Of a DNA stretch of 64,000 nucleotides, positions 12,053 through 22,036 are shown in pieces. Numbering within the stretch: position 1 is the stretch's first letter; the number at the start of each line of letters is the position of its first letter. The notes below the pieces were generated by a model. It worked only from the letters and a program-made list of their open reading frames with translations, had not been told where the DNA came from and did no database searches. The translations under genes and the position numbers were made by a program. Location of the stretch: positions 87,569 through 151,568 of the forward strand of contig DDEQ01000043.1 in assembly GCA_002336105.1 (NCBI GenBank). Reading direction: 5' to 3'. This DNA is from Chthonomonas sp. UBA1950 (GTDB lineage Bacteria > Armatimonadota > Fimbriimonadia > Fimbriimonadales > Fimbriimonadaceae).

Positions 12053-12559
12053 ATGAGCGTAGACCTAATCATCAAGACTGAAAAAGACCAGCCCGTCGAG
12101 GGCCAGGTTCGACACGCGGCGTATGTGCAAACGCGCACGACGTCCAACCCCAATCCGTCAGTTTCGATTCCTGAGAAATACACTCATTCCGCAGGCAAGT
12201 CAGATTCTAGGCAAACACAGAAGGCTAAGTCACGGTCGAAAACTCGCCAACTCAACGTAACGGCGTCAAGAGCAATCCTGTTTGCAAAGACGATGCTTGC
12301 GACCGCATTTGTGAGCGCTTTGACTAGCCACACGATGGTCGAAGGTGCTCGAACAGAACTTCAGAAAACGATCAACCGAACAAATGCGATGAATCGGCAA
12401 ACTGACGAGTCTTCGAGCTACCTGGCAAAGATCACGTCGGATCAGGAAATTGCTAAATGGGCGATCTCTCGTGGTTATGTCTCTGCCGACACCACCGAGA
12501 CCGCACATAGCAAAAAGACTTTCGTGGCGATGAACGAGGTCGGCATCCGCCATGAGTGA
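12053..12559 (+). CDS. FtsL-position membrane protein (cell division protein FtsL-like)
   Basis: ORF 12026..12559. ATG 12053 with GGAG 7 nt upstream. Single TM (AILFAKTMLATAFVSAL). Sits between rsmH and ftsI. Confidence 0.5.
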   Translation: MSVDLIIKTEKDQPVEGQVRHAAYVQTRTTSNPNPSVSIPEKYTHSAGKSDSRQTQKAKSRSKTRQLNVTASRAILFAKTMLATAFVSALTSHTMVEGARTELQKTINRTNAMNRQTDESSSYLAKITSDQEIAKWAISRGYVSADTTETAHSKKTFVAMNEVGIRHE

Positions 12560-14501
12560 GGCAAAGCGAACCGGAAAGTACAACATCAATTTCGGCACTG
12601 CGGTTGTCGGTGGCCTGCTTGTGCTCGCCGCCCTGTCACAAGCAAAACTACAAGTCTTCGAGAGCAAAAGCACAGTCGAGATGGCAAACAAGAAAAAGAG
12701 GTTTGTCAAAGAAGAAATCCTATTTGCGAAACGGGGAACGATCTATAGCTCGAACGGCAAGGCTTTGGCGACAGACGATGAAACGTATCAGTTGAGAGTT
12801 TCGTTTAGCGAAGTGCCCCACACGCCTGCGTTCTGGATGGATGTCAGTGAAGCGAGCGGCATTCCCCTGTCCGAATTTGAGGCCCAAGAAGGTACGACTA
12901 CAGGCAATCGGTCCTGGCCAAAACCATTATCTGAGGCCGAGCGAAAAGCCATCGATCAGGTCCGAACTGACTGGCGTGCAGACGGTCTCGCGGCAGCCCC
13001 TATGGGCACGCGAGAGTATCCGCTAGGTTCGGATGCGTCACTGATTGTTGGAGTTCGCCGTCTCGACCGTGATCAGATTAAAAAGGGAGACCTCGGCTGG
13101 AATGAGCTAGTCGCCCTTCACGGTGTCCCTGCAAGAGGCTATTTCATCCGCGAGCGAGACAAAAGCAAAGTCAACCCCGGTGATCTTGGTTACAACGAGT
13201 TAGTCGAAAAATATGATGAGCCCAAATCGGGCTTTTTTCTTAAGCCCACGTTATCAGGGCTAGAATCTGCTCTCAATGCCAATCTCAAAGGGGAAAACGG
13301 CGTTAAGGTTGGGCTAAAAGACAGAAACGGCTTGTTCTTGCCGATGCAGAACTTCCCTGGCAACAAACCTAAGCAAGACGGTGAAGACGTTGTGTTGACG
13401 ATTGACAGTAGTCTGCAGCAGGCAGCCACCAAAGCGATCAAAGAAGCTGTTGAGAAGCAAAAAGCCGATAACGGCGCGGCGATTATTCTCGACCCTCAAA
13501 CCGGAGACTTACTCGCCATGGCCAGTTGGCCTGCCTTTTCTCCTTACTCGGAAGACGGTGCGCCAGGAGAGATGTCACCCAAGAACACGACCAACGCCGC
13601 GACGATGTGCGTGTTCGAACCGGGATCGACGATGAAGGTTTTGACCTTAGCAATGGCGCTTAACGATGGCAAAGTTCATATGAACGACACCACCTTTTGC
13701 TCGGGCACATGGTTCCCGGCGCCAAAAGTTCGAGTGCGATGTGATTCGTCTCATGGAGCCCACGGGCTTGAGGACCCAAAAGCGGCAATCGCAAAGAGTT
13801 GCAACGTCGCCGCTGCGCAGTGGGCAACCAAAATTGGCCGAGATAAGTTGATTGAGTACATCGAACAACTGGGGCTCAACTCGAAAACTCGGATTGGCAT
13901 CGGCGAAGTGAGGAGCCGATACAACGAGAATGATCCGGCCAAACTCCTACAGCTCACTCGACTGGGTTATGGACAAGCATTGTCCGCAACACCGGTCGGA
14001 TTAGCTGGTGGGTTTAGCGCAATTGGTAACGGTGGTTTTCACATCACACCAAGACTCGTCAAGCGAATCGGAGACAAGGATCAGCCGATTCTCAACACGG
14101 GTCGAGTTTTCTCTGAAGAGACCTCCAAGCAGGTTCTTGATTGTATGGAAGCAGTCTTCTCTTCTGAAAAGGGGACCGGGCACGGACTTAGAATTCCTGG
14201 TTATCGACTCGCTGGCAAAACTGGCACAGCTCAGAAGATCGGCAAAGGACAAACAGGGCACGTCGCCAACTTTGTTGGTTTTGTGCCAGCTATTAAGCCG
14301 AAGGTTGAGATCCTTGTCATGGTGAACAATCCAAGGAACGCCTATTACGGGGCGTCTGTTGCTGGTCCAGTGTTTAGACAGCTTGCGCTCAATGTGATTA
14401 GCCATTACAAGATCGCCCCGACAGAACCGATCGAGCTACCTAAAAACAAAGTTGCGCCAAGCACCGCCAAGAAGGTACAGAATGATGGGGATGACGCTTA
14501 G
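12552..14501 (+). CDS. ftsI: peptidoglycan D,D-transpeptidase FtsI / class B PBP
   Basis: N-terminal TM. SXXK (GSTMKV), SXN (KSCN), KTG (GKTGTA). dcw position. Confidence 0.9.
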   Translation: MSEAKRTGKYNINFGTAVVGGLLVLAALSQAKLQVFESKSTVEMANKKKRFVKEEILFAKRGTIYSSNGKALATDDETYQLRVSFSEVPHTPAFWMDVSEASGIPLSEFEAQEGTTTGNRSWPKPLSEAERKAIDQVRTDWRADGLAAAPMGTREYPLGSDASLIVGVRRLDRDQIKKGDLGWNELVALHGVPARGYFIRERDKSKVNPGDLGYNELVEKYDEPKSGFFLKPTLSGLESALNANLKGENGVKVGLKDRNGLFLPMQNFPGNKPKQDGEDVVLTIDSSLQQAATKAIKEAVEKQKADNGAAIILDPQTGDLLAMASWPAFSPYSEDGAPGEMSPKNTTNAATMCVFEPGSTMKVLTLAMALNDGKVHMNDTTFCSGTWFPAPKVRVRCDSSHGAHGLEDPKAAIAKSCNVAAAQWATKIGRDKLIEYIEQLGLNSKTRIGIGEVRSRYNENDPAKLLQLTRLGYGQALSATPVGLAGGFSAIGNGGFHITPRLVKRIGDKDQPILNTGRVFSEETSKQVLDCMEAVFSSEKGTGHGLRIPGYRLAGKTGTAQKIGKGQTGHVANFVGFVPAIKPKVEILVMVNNPRNAYYGASVAGPVFRQLALNVISHYKIAPTEPIELPKNKVAPSTAKKVQNDGDDA

Positions 14502-16005
14502 CGAACTACTGCTAAAAGCCAACATTGCGCCGACGGAACTTCAGGGCGATGCGGCGATCAATAGCATTGTTATGGACTCCCGCAAGGCACTTGCTGGGAG
14601 TCTGTTTGTGTGTATGCCCGGGATGACCCGCGAAAGTGAGTCATTCATTCCAGATGCGGTCGATGCAGGAGCAACCGCTGCCTTGGTACACAGTCCAGCA
14701 GGTTTAGTTTCAGCTCGATCGTATGGCTTAGCTGCAGCCCTTGTCTCGCCGAAGGGCAACAGCTTTCCCGATTTCGTGTGGCGACTCTGCGACGCTTTCT
14801 TCGATCATCCCACTCGGTCGATGAAAGTGGTAGGGGTCACGGGTACGAACGGCAAGACGACGACTGCCTGGCTAGTTCGGGACATGCTGAACGCACTCGG
14901 CGAGAAATCGGCCTATCTCGGAACGCTTGGTTTTTACTTGCCAGACCAGACCATTGAACTCGGCAACACCACTCCATTTGCAGTAGAGCTCTACAACTAT
15001 TTGGCGATGGCGCGCGCTAGCGGCGTAACCGCTTTGGCGATGGAAGTCTCTTCACATGCCCTTGCTGAGCAACGAGCTGACGGCGTCGAATTTGACACCG
15101 CCGTTTTTTCAAACCTTACTCAGGATCACCTGGATTTTCACGGAACGATGGAAGCTTACGAGGCAGCAAAATGGCGACTTTTCCGCGAGCTACCCAAGCA
15201 GACCCAGAAGGCTTTCTCGGCAGTCATCAATATCGACGATGCCTGTGGCGAAAGATGGCACCAACGACTTGGAGAGATTGGAACCCCTGTTCACCTCTAT
15301 TCTAGGATGGGGAAAGAAGGCGCATGGGCTTTCGAAAGTAAATCTCTTAAAGTCAGTTTTGATTCTATTACCGGCAAATGGTTGAATGTTGGTTCGGCCC
15401 CAATCGGAAAAGTTGACGCCAAACTCGGCGGGTCTTACAACGTTGAAAACCTGTTGTCCGCCATGACTGCGATGGTAGCTCTCGGATACGAACCCAAGGA
15501 TGTTGTTAAAGCGGCAAGCAGCGTACACCCTGTCCCTGGAAGATTTGAGGCCGTACAAAACCACAAGGGCATTGGGGTTATCGTTGATTACGCACACACG
15601 CCAGATGCTTTGGAAAAGCTACTCGATGCGGTCAGGCCGCTGACCAAAGGCAAAGTGATCACCGTGTTTGGATGCGGCGGCGACCGAGACCGAACCAAGC
15701 GTCCGAAGATGGCTCGGGCCGCGAGCGAGCGAAGCGATCTGGTCATCGTGACTAGCGACAACCCAAGAACAGAAGACCCTAAAAAGATCCTTCGCGATAT
15801 CTTGCCTGGCTTAATCCCAAAAACCGACAGCTTAGCGATCGTTGATCGTGAAGAAGCAATTCGAGAAGCGATCAAACGTGCAAAGACCGGTGACGTCGTT
15901 GTGATCGCAGGAAAAGGACACGAGGATTACCAGATCATCGGACGAACAAAACACCATATGGATGACCGGGAACTCGCGAGAACCGCACTGGAAAACAAGA
16001 AATGA
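14482..16005 (+). CDS. murE: UDP-MurNAc-L-Ala-D-Glu--2,6-diaminopimelate ligase
   Basis: ORF 14452..16005, probable ATG 14482-14491. GVTGTNGKTTT P-loop. DNPR motif (TSDNPRTEDP) indicates the meso-DAP type. Confidence 0.92.
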   Translation: MMGMTLSELLLKANIAPTELQGDAAINSIVMDSRKALAGSLFVCMPGMTRESESFIPDAVDAGATAALVHSPAGLVSARSYGLAAALVSPKGNSFPDFVWRLCDAFFDHPTRSMKVVGVTGTNGKTTTAWLVRDMLNALGEKSAYLGTLGFYLPDQTIELGNTTPFAVELYNYLAMARASGVTALAMEVSSHALAEQRADGVEFDTAVFSNLTQDHLDFHGTMEAYEAAKWRLFRELPKQTQKAFSAVINIDDACGERWHQRLGEIGTPVHLYSRMGKEGAWAFESKSLKVSFDSITGKWLNVGSAPIGKVDAKLGGSYNVENLLSAMTAMVALGYEPKDVVKAASSVHPVPGRFEAVQNHKGIGVIVDYAHTPDALEKLLDAVRPLTKGKVITVFGCGGDRDRTKRPKMARAASERSDLVIVTSDNPRTEDPKKILRDILPGLIPKTDSLAIVDREEAIREAIKRAKTGDVVVIAGKGHEDYQIIGRTKHHMDDRELARTALENKK

Positions 16006-17348
16006 AGCCAAGACTCCTTTCCGAACTTGCAGCTACGTGTGGCGGCACCCTATCTGGCTCCGATGTCGAAGTCACCAGCTTTGCTACCGATAGTCGCCAG
16101 GTTCAACCTGGTTCGTTGTTCCTTGCTATCAAAGGAGAGAAGGTCGACGGTCATGACTTCGCGGCAAAAGCCATCGCATCGGGTGCAGCAGGTGTTTTGT
16201 GCGAGCGACCAGTTGAAGGCACTCACATCCTCGTCGACAATCTCGTCCAGGCTCTCGCTAAACTTGGCGCGCACGAGCGAGATCAGTTTTCTGGTCCAGT
16301 CGTCGGCATCACAGGCAGCGCTGGAAAGACGACAACCAAAGAGTTTTTGGCTGCAGCGCTGAGTTCGCTAGGCGAAATACTCAAGAGCCCAGGCAACCGA
16401 AACACAGAGTACACCAGCCCTTTGGTTTGGTTCGAAAAGTCGGACGACACAAAAGTCGCCGTCATCGAAATGGCGATGCGTGGTTTTGGACAGATCACTC
16501 ACCTCGCTTCGATTTCTAGACCAAACATCGGGCTCATCACAAATATCGGATACAGCCACCTTTTACAGATCGAATCCCGCGACGGGATCGCAAAGGCAAA
16601 GGGAGAACTTCTCGAAGCATTACCCGCCGACGGCCTTGGGATCGTTTGGGCAGACGATGATTACCTAGAGGTACTCAAGGCAAAACATCCGAATATCAAG
16701 ACTTTTGGGTTTAGCTCTGATGCGGATAGCGTGATCACCGACTACAAGGCCCACGATTGGTCTACATCGTTTGTGTCTGGAAAGATTGGCGACAAAAAGT
16801 GGAAAGCCAAACTCCCTGCGGTTGGGCGACATCTCGCCGCCAATGCTGCAGCGGCGGTCCTCGTAGCTAGTGAACTTGGCATTGAGCCTTTCGAAGCGGC
16901 TCGTTGTATTTCGCAAGCGACATTGCCGCCAATGAGAATGGAGACCCGCTCATACAACGGAGCAACCATCATTCTGGACACTTACAACGCAAGCCCGTCG
17001 AGCATGTTGGCAGCGATTGAAGCAGTCGGAAGTATTGCCGCTCGTGGTCACCGATTGGCAGTTCTAGGTGAAATGAAAGAACTCGGCGACCACACGGAAG
17101 CCGCGCATCGAAAGGTTGGCGAAGCAGTTGCGACATTCGGACTAGATTCGGTGCTTTTCATCGGTGAGCCGATGAAACTGGCGATGGAACAAGCCATCGC
17201 CTCTGGGGTATCCCCATCAAAACTTCGTTATACAGACTCTATCGATGATGTTCGCGAGTTCCTGCGCGGTTTGCGAATGAATAACGCTGCATTGGTCAAA
17301 GGGAGTCGCGCTCTAGAACTGGAAAGAGCCTTGGAGGGCCTCGTTTGA
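16002..17348 (+). CDS. murF: UDP-MurNAc-tripeptide--D-alanyl-D-alanine ligase
   Basis: ATGA overlap with murE. GITGSAGKTTTKE, ILDTYNASPSSM. Confidence 0.92.
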   Translation: MKPRLLSELAATCGGTLSGSDVEVTSFATDSRQVQPGSLFLAIKGEKVDGHDFAAKAIASGAAGVLCERPVEGTHILVDNLVQALAKLGAHERDQFSGPVVGITGSAGKTTTKEFLAAALSSLGEILKSPGNRNTEYTSPLVWFEKSDDTKVAVIEMAMRGFGQITHLASISRPNIGLITNIGYSHLLQIESRDGIAKAKGELLEALPADGLGIVWADDDYLEVLKAKHPNIKTFGFSSDADSVITDYKAHDWSTSFVSGKIGDKKWKAKLPAVGRHLAANAAAAVLVASELGIEPFEAARCISQATLPPMRMETRSYNGATIILDTYNASPSSMLAAIEAVGSIAARGHRLAVLGEMKELGDHTEAAHRKVGEAVATFGLDSVLFIGEPMKLAMEQAIASGVSPSKLRYTDSIDDVREFLRGLRMNNAALVKGSRALELERALEGLV

Positions 17349-18424
17349 GGATTTCGGTTCCTGTTTTCCTGCTCGATGGAATGTGGCTCAGTTTTCTAGT
17401 AGCGTTCCTTACTTCTGCATGTCTTGCTTACCCCATCTACCTGAGCCTGATCAGACTGAAAAGTCGTCAAACCGTCAGCCAGTTCGCTCCTGAAGGGCAC
17501 CAGGTCAAACAGGGGACCCCGACAATGGGCGGACTCATCATCGTTGCAGGAGTGATCGCATCGATGTTTGTGGTGCCCAACGTGCGTCCATTTTCCATCG
17601 TCTTTCTCGGCTACACAGTCATCGGATTTATCGACGATTTTGTTGTCCCGAGATATATCAAAGGAAAGCGTGGGCTTGGTTGGAAGCAAAAAATCCTCAT
17701 GCAACTTGGCGTTGCGCTTCTTGCCGGAGCGGGTCCGAATGTCTCTTGGGCCTCCACCGCCGCTTTCGTTTTCTTGGTTCTATTCCTCAGTAACGCCTAT
17801 AACTTTTCCGATGGTCTAGATGGCCTCGCAGGTTCGTTGGGTCTCTGGATCATGATCGGCATGGCAGGAATTGGGCTAGGGGTCGGGTATGTCGCGCGAA
17901 CTCCGCTTTTAGCTGCAGCCGTTTTCGGGGCCACACTTCCCTTTCTTTATCTCAACGCTCCACCTGCGAAAGTGTTCATGGGGGATGTCGGTTCATTGCC
18001 GATCGGAGCATTGCTAGGCGCGATGACGCACGAGCTCCTTTTCCCTGTTGGAAAAGCAAGCATGTTTGACCCAGCCAGCGAATGGTACATCGACCGACCT
18101 TTCAAAGTTGCCTACTTCTTTGGCGAAAGGTTTGTTCCTCTGGTCTCGATTGCCCTGTTAGTTCTTTTTATCATGATGATCGTGGAGCTAGTGCCCGTCC
18201 CGATGCAGATCGCATCGGTGAAACTTCTCAAGCGCAAGATCTTCCCTTACACACCCATCCACCACGCATTCGAAAAAGCTGGTTGGCCAGAGACCAGAGT
18301 CGTCTACCGATTCGTTTTGGTGCAGGTCGTTTTGACGATTGTCGCAATGGCTATCGTCGGACAAGCAGCAAAGCCAGTTGTCTCGTTTGATCCCCGGATG
18401 CGCACAGCGGTGAACCGGCCTTGA
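17345..18424 (+). CDS. mraY: phospho-N-acetylmuramoyl-pentapeptide transferase
   Basis: TTGA overlap with murF. TPTMGG, NAYNFSDGLDGLA, MGDVGSLPIGA, HHAFE. Confidence 0.93.
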   Translation: MRISVPVFLLDGMWLSFLVAFLTSACLAYPIYLSLIRLKSRQTVSQFAPEGHQVKQGTPTMGGLIIVAGVIASMFVVPNVRPFSIVFLGYTVIGFIDDFVVPRYIKGKRGLGWKQKILMQLGVALLAGAGPNVSWASTAAFVFLVLFLSNAYNFSDGLDGLAGSLGLWIMIGMAGIGLGVGYVARTPLLAAAVFGATLPFLYLNAPPAKVFMGDVGSLPIGALLGAMTHELLFPVGKASMFDPASEWYIDRPFKVAYFFGERFVPLVSIALLVLFIMMIVELVPVPMQIASVKLLKRKIFPYTPIHHAFEKAGWPETRVVYRFVLVQVVLTIVAMAIVGQAAKPVVSFDPRMRTAVNRP

Positions 18425-19782
18425 CCGGCAAACGGATCGGCGTATTTGGGTTGGGTCGCAGCGGATTAGCAGTCGCTAAGGCGGCAACAAAACGCGGCGC
18501 ATCTGTTACCGTTTACGATCAGGCGCAACGTGCAAATCTGGCTAAGCCAGAACTGGCCGATGAGGTAGAAAACACGGGCGCAAAGGTGGTCTTTGGATGG
18601 GACGGCCAGGTTAGTCATATCGACATCTTAGTGTCGAATCCGGCGGTGCGAAAGGACCATCCCACCCTGCTCGAAGCATTGGAACAAGGCGTTGAAGTTT
18701 GGAGCGAGATCGAGTTTGGCTACCAAATCTGTTCAGCGCCTATCGTTGCAATCACCGGAACAAACGGCAAAAGCACGACAACCGTGATGACCTTCCTGTG
18801 TCTTCAATCTTGCGGAGAAGCCCCGATCCTATGCGGCAACGTATTTGGAACAGGCTATCCCGAGCGGACCTTCACCGAGGCAGCTGACTCAGCAGAAAGA
18901 GACAACATTCTAGTCGCAGAAATAAGTAGCTTCCAGCTGGAATGGATACAAAAATTCAAGCCAACTTCTGCCGGCATAACCAATATCACCCCCGATCATC
19001 TTGATCGGTATGAAGGATTTCACGAGTACGCCGAAACCAAGCGCAGGATCTTCCAAAACATGGGTCGTGGCGACTTAGCCGTTGTTCCTAGAAACCACTC
19101 TGAAGTGGCCGCACCAGCGAACGTAAAAACGGCTTTTTTTGGATGTCTCGGTGACCTGGCGTACTACGACGCAGAGAATCTGTATCTGTTCGGTTCATCC
19201 TGCAACTTACGTGATTTGCCTATCTATGGGAAGCATAACCTAGACAATGCTTGCCAATCGGCTTTACTCGTTTATGGGGTTTTGCGAACAAAGAAGTCTT
19301 CTGATGAAATCGCCAAAGGTTGCTTTGAGGCATTTAGGTCTTTCAAAGGGTTAGCTCACCGCATGGAAATCCTTGGTTCAAGGAATCAGGTTTTGGTCAT
19401 CAATAACTCGATGTGCACCAACCCAGCTGCGGTTGTCTCAAGCACGGCTAGCTTGCCCGGAAAAGTACATCTTTTGATGGGAGGGCTAAACAAAAACCTA
19501 GATTTCACTCCTCTGGAAGGCTACTTGGCCAATTCGTCCCATAGTGTGTATCTTTTCGGGAAAAACGGCAACGAATTGAACCAAATGCTAGGCGGTAATC
19601 GGCAAGTATTTAGTACAATGAATCAAGCTTTTGAGGCGGCTTCACAGCAAGCGATGAGCGGAGAGACGATTATGCTGGCACCTGGATGTGCAAGCAGTGA
19701 TCAATTTAAGGATTTCCGCGACCGAGGAGATGTCTTCAAAGCAATTGCCATGGAGTGGCTGCGCGATGAACCGTTGGTTTAG
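18421..19782 (+). CDS. murD: UDP-MurNAc-L-alanine--D-glutamate ligase
   Basis: TTGA overlap with mraY. GLGRSG, AITGTNGKSTTT, PGCASSDQFKDFRDRG. Confidence 0.92.
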   Translation: MTGKRIGVFGLGRSGLAVAKAATKRGASVTVYDQAQRANLAKPELADEVENTGAKVVFGWDGQVSHIDILVSNPAVRKDHPTLLEALEQGVEVWSEIEFGYQICSAPIVAITGTNGKSTTTVMTFLCLQSCGEAPILCGNVFGTGYPERTFTEAADSAERDNILVAEISSFQLEWIQKFKPTSAGITNITPDHLDRYEGFHEYAETKRRIFQNMGRGDLAVVPRNHSEVAAPANVKTAFFGCLGDLAYYDAENLYLFGSSCNLRDLPIYGKHNLDNACQSALLVYGVLRTKKSSDEIAKGCFEAFRSFKGLAHRMEILGSRNQVLVINNSMCTNPAAVVSSTASLPGKVHLLMGGLNKNLDFTPLEGYLANSSHSVYLFGKNGNELNQMLGGNRQVFSTMNQAFEAASQQAMSGETIMLAPGCASSDQFKDFRDRGDVFKAIAMEWLRDEPLV

Positions 19783-20965
19783 GATTTGTGACCCATACTT
19801 GCTCTTATTCGCCCTGATTGCATCAGGGATCGGGTCAGCGCTCATCTACGATGCAAGCTATGCGAGGTCCTATCGGCTTTACGGAACCTACTTTGCTACC
19901 GAGTTCAAAGCCCAACTCGTGTGGTTAGCTTTCTCAATTTTTGTTAGCCTTATTCTTGGTTCCCGACATCCGGGAAAGCAAATTAGGTGGGCAGTCCCAG
20001 CGATCATCGTTACGATATTAGGCCTCATTGCTGTCGAGTTGTGGGGAACCACAATGAACGGCGCCAAACGCTGGCTGACGGTGATGGACAAGAATATCCA
20101 ACCTTCAGAGTTCGCCAAGTTTGCCATCATCCTGTTTTTGGCAATGATCTTTTCTCAAAGACCGATCAGGTCCGGAAAGATCAAAACATACAACACCTGG
20201 TACAAGAACTTAGACTTTGTTGTTTGGCCACAAATCCAACGGTTCTTCCCTGCTCTAGTCGTGCTCCTGATTCTCGGCCTCATCCTAAAAGAGAAAGACC
20301 TAGGCACCGCGGCTGTCGTAGCCTTTGTCGCATTTATGATGGCTATCCCAGGAAAAGTTAGCCATAAGTCGGTCATCGCTGGGGCATTGTTCTTGGTTTG
20401 TGCGGCTGGTTTTTCGGTCTTCGAAAAGTCTTATCGGCTGGACAGAATTGCTGTTCATGCTAAGCGCTGGGAGTCTGAGAACGTAGACGACACCGGCTAC
20501 CAGACGGTACAGGCCGAACTGCACCAGGCTGCAGGAGGCATCCTTGGAGTTGGTGTTGGTGGCGGACACGCTAAACAGATCATGCCAGCAACGACCACCG
20601 ACTTCATCATGGCAACGATTGGAGAAGAGACTGGGCTTTGGGGTTCGTTACTCGTGTTGGGCTCGATATCGCTGGTAGTTGGTCGACTGCTGCAGCTAGC
20701 AAAAACTGCCACCACACACTATTCGGTTCTGATTTTGTACGGATCGGCAATGTGGATCGGGGTCCAAGCCGCGACCAATTTCATGATGGCTAACGGACTC
20801 TTGCCTGCCATCGGCATTCCGCTTCCCTTCATCAGTTCAGGGGGATCGAGCTTATTAGCATTGTGGATCGCCGTTGGTGCCAGCCAAGGTTCTCTACTAC
20901 CCATCCCAGTCACAAAACCCAAGAAGAAAACGGTTCGGGCTAAGCAAATGGTGGCAACTTCATAA
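19766..20965 (+). CDS. ftsW: SEDS peptidoglycan glycosyltransferase FtsW
   Basis: ORF 19688..20965, ATG 19766 (MNRWFRICDPYLLL). QPSEFAKFAIILFLA, TDFIMATIGEETG, LPFISSGGSS. Confidence 0.9.
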   Translation: MNRWFRICDPYLLLFALIASGIGSALIYDASYARSYRLYGTYFATEFKAQLVWLAFSIFVSLILGSRHPGKQIRWAVPAIIVTILGLIAVELWGTTMNGAKRWLTVMDKNIQPSEFAKFAIILFLAMIFSQRPIRSGKIKTYNTWYKNLDFVVWPQIQRFFPALVVLLILGLILKEKDLGTAAVVAFVAFMMAIPGKVSHKSVIAGALFLVCAAGFSVFEKSYRLDRIAVHAKRWESENVDDTGYQTVQAELHQAAGGILGVGVGGGHAKQIMPATTTDFIMATIGEETGLWGSLLVLGSISLVVGRLLQLAKTATTHYSVLILYGSAMWIGVQAATNFMMANGLLPAIGIPLPFISSGGSSLLALWIAVGASQGSLLPIPVTKPKKKTVRAKQMVATS

Positions 20966-20966
20966 C

Positions 20967-22034
20967 ATGCCTGGAATGAAACTCGTTCTAACAGGCGGTG
21001 GAACGGGCGGCCACATCTACCCCGCTCTCGAGGTTGGACGGTTAGCCGGGGAACAAGGCGCACAGCTAACTTATCTTGGTTCGAAACGAGGTCAAGAAGG
21101 GGGCATCTGCGCAAAGCTCGGTATCGAATTCACATCCTTTCCAGCTGAACCCCTGTACAGCTTACGAACGCCCCGAGGCTGGAAATCCCTCAAGCATCTC
21201 CTTAAGGCTCGGCGCGCGGTAATCGCTCACTTCCGCCTTAACCGCCCTGATGTTGTGTTTTCGACCGGTGGATACAGCGCTGGTCCGGTTGTTTCAGCGG
21301 CAAAGAAACTCGGAATTCCCTACTGTATTCATGAGGCGAATTCCATTCCTGGGCGAAGCAATCGTTTGTATGCGAAGGATGCTTCGGCGTTCACGTGTCT
21401 ATTCAACAAGACGCTTTCCGTCCCCGGATTAAGTGCAAAGCGTGTCGGACAACCAATCCGTCAGGAGCTTCGACTCGCCGCGCAAGCAAGGGAATTTGGA
21501 CCCCAACAAACGGTATTCGTCTTTGGGGGTAGCCAAGGCGCTCAGTATTTGAACTCCGTTGTCCCTGAACTATCCCAAGATTCCAGATTCTCTGAGGTCA
21601 ATTGGCTACACGTTTCCGGCCCATCGAACTTTGATGCCATGCAAGCCAGATGGGGCGGGCAACCAAACTACATCATCAAACCGTTCCTCGATTCTGAATC
21701 AATGGCGGCGGCGTATCAATCGGCTTCCTTAGTCGTTTCGCGAAGCGGCGGGAGCCTTGCCGAGATTGCCTGTTTTGGAATACCAAGTGTGCTTGTACCT
21801 TTACCCACGGCGGCAGATAACCACCAGTGGCACAACGCGAAAGAGTTCCAAGATATGTCGGTCGCAACCCTCATCGAACAGGGGCAAGATCGCCAAGTGC
21901 TTACCGACGCGATTTTTGCCTGGATATCCGACGATAGTCGATCTCGTCAGGCTTCGACAACTCTTGATGAGTGGGACATCGCAGATGCCACTCAGCGAAT
22001 CGTAGACTTACTTGTGGCTGCGGCCAAACACTAG
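20967..22034 (+). CDS. murG: UDP-GlcNAc--lipid I GlcNAc transferase
   Basis: ATG 20967, 1 nt after the ftsW stop. LTGGGTGGHIYPALEV, RSGGSLAEIACFGIPSVLVPLP. Confidence 0.92.
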   Translation: MPGMKLVLTGGGTGGHIYPALEVGRLAGEQGAQLTYLGSKRGQEGGICAKLGIEFTSFPAEPLYSLRTPRGWKSLKHLLKARRAVIAHFRLNRPDVVFSTGGYSAGPVVSAAKKLGIPYCIHEANSIPGRSNRLYAKDASAFTCLFNKTLSVPGLSAKRVGQPIRQELRLAAQAREFGPQQTVFVFGGSQGAQYLNSVVPELSQDSRFSEVNWLHVSGPSNFDAMQARWGGQPNYIIKPFLDSESMAAAYQSASLVVSRSGGSLAEIACFGIPSVLVPLPTAADNHQWHNAKEFQDMSVATLIEQGQDRQVLTDAIFAWISDDSRSRQASTTLDEWDIADATQRIVDLLVAAAKH

Positions 22035-22036
22035 AA

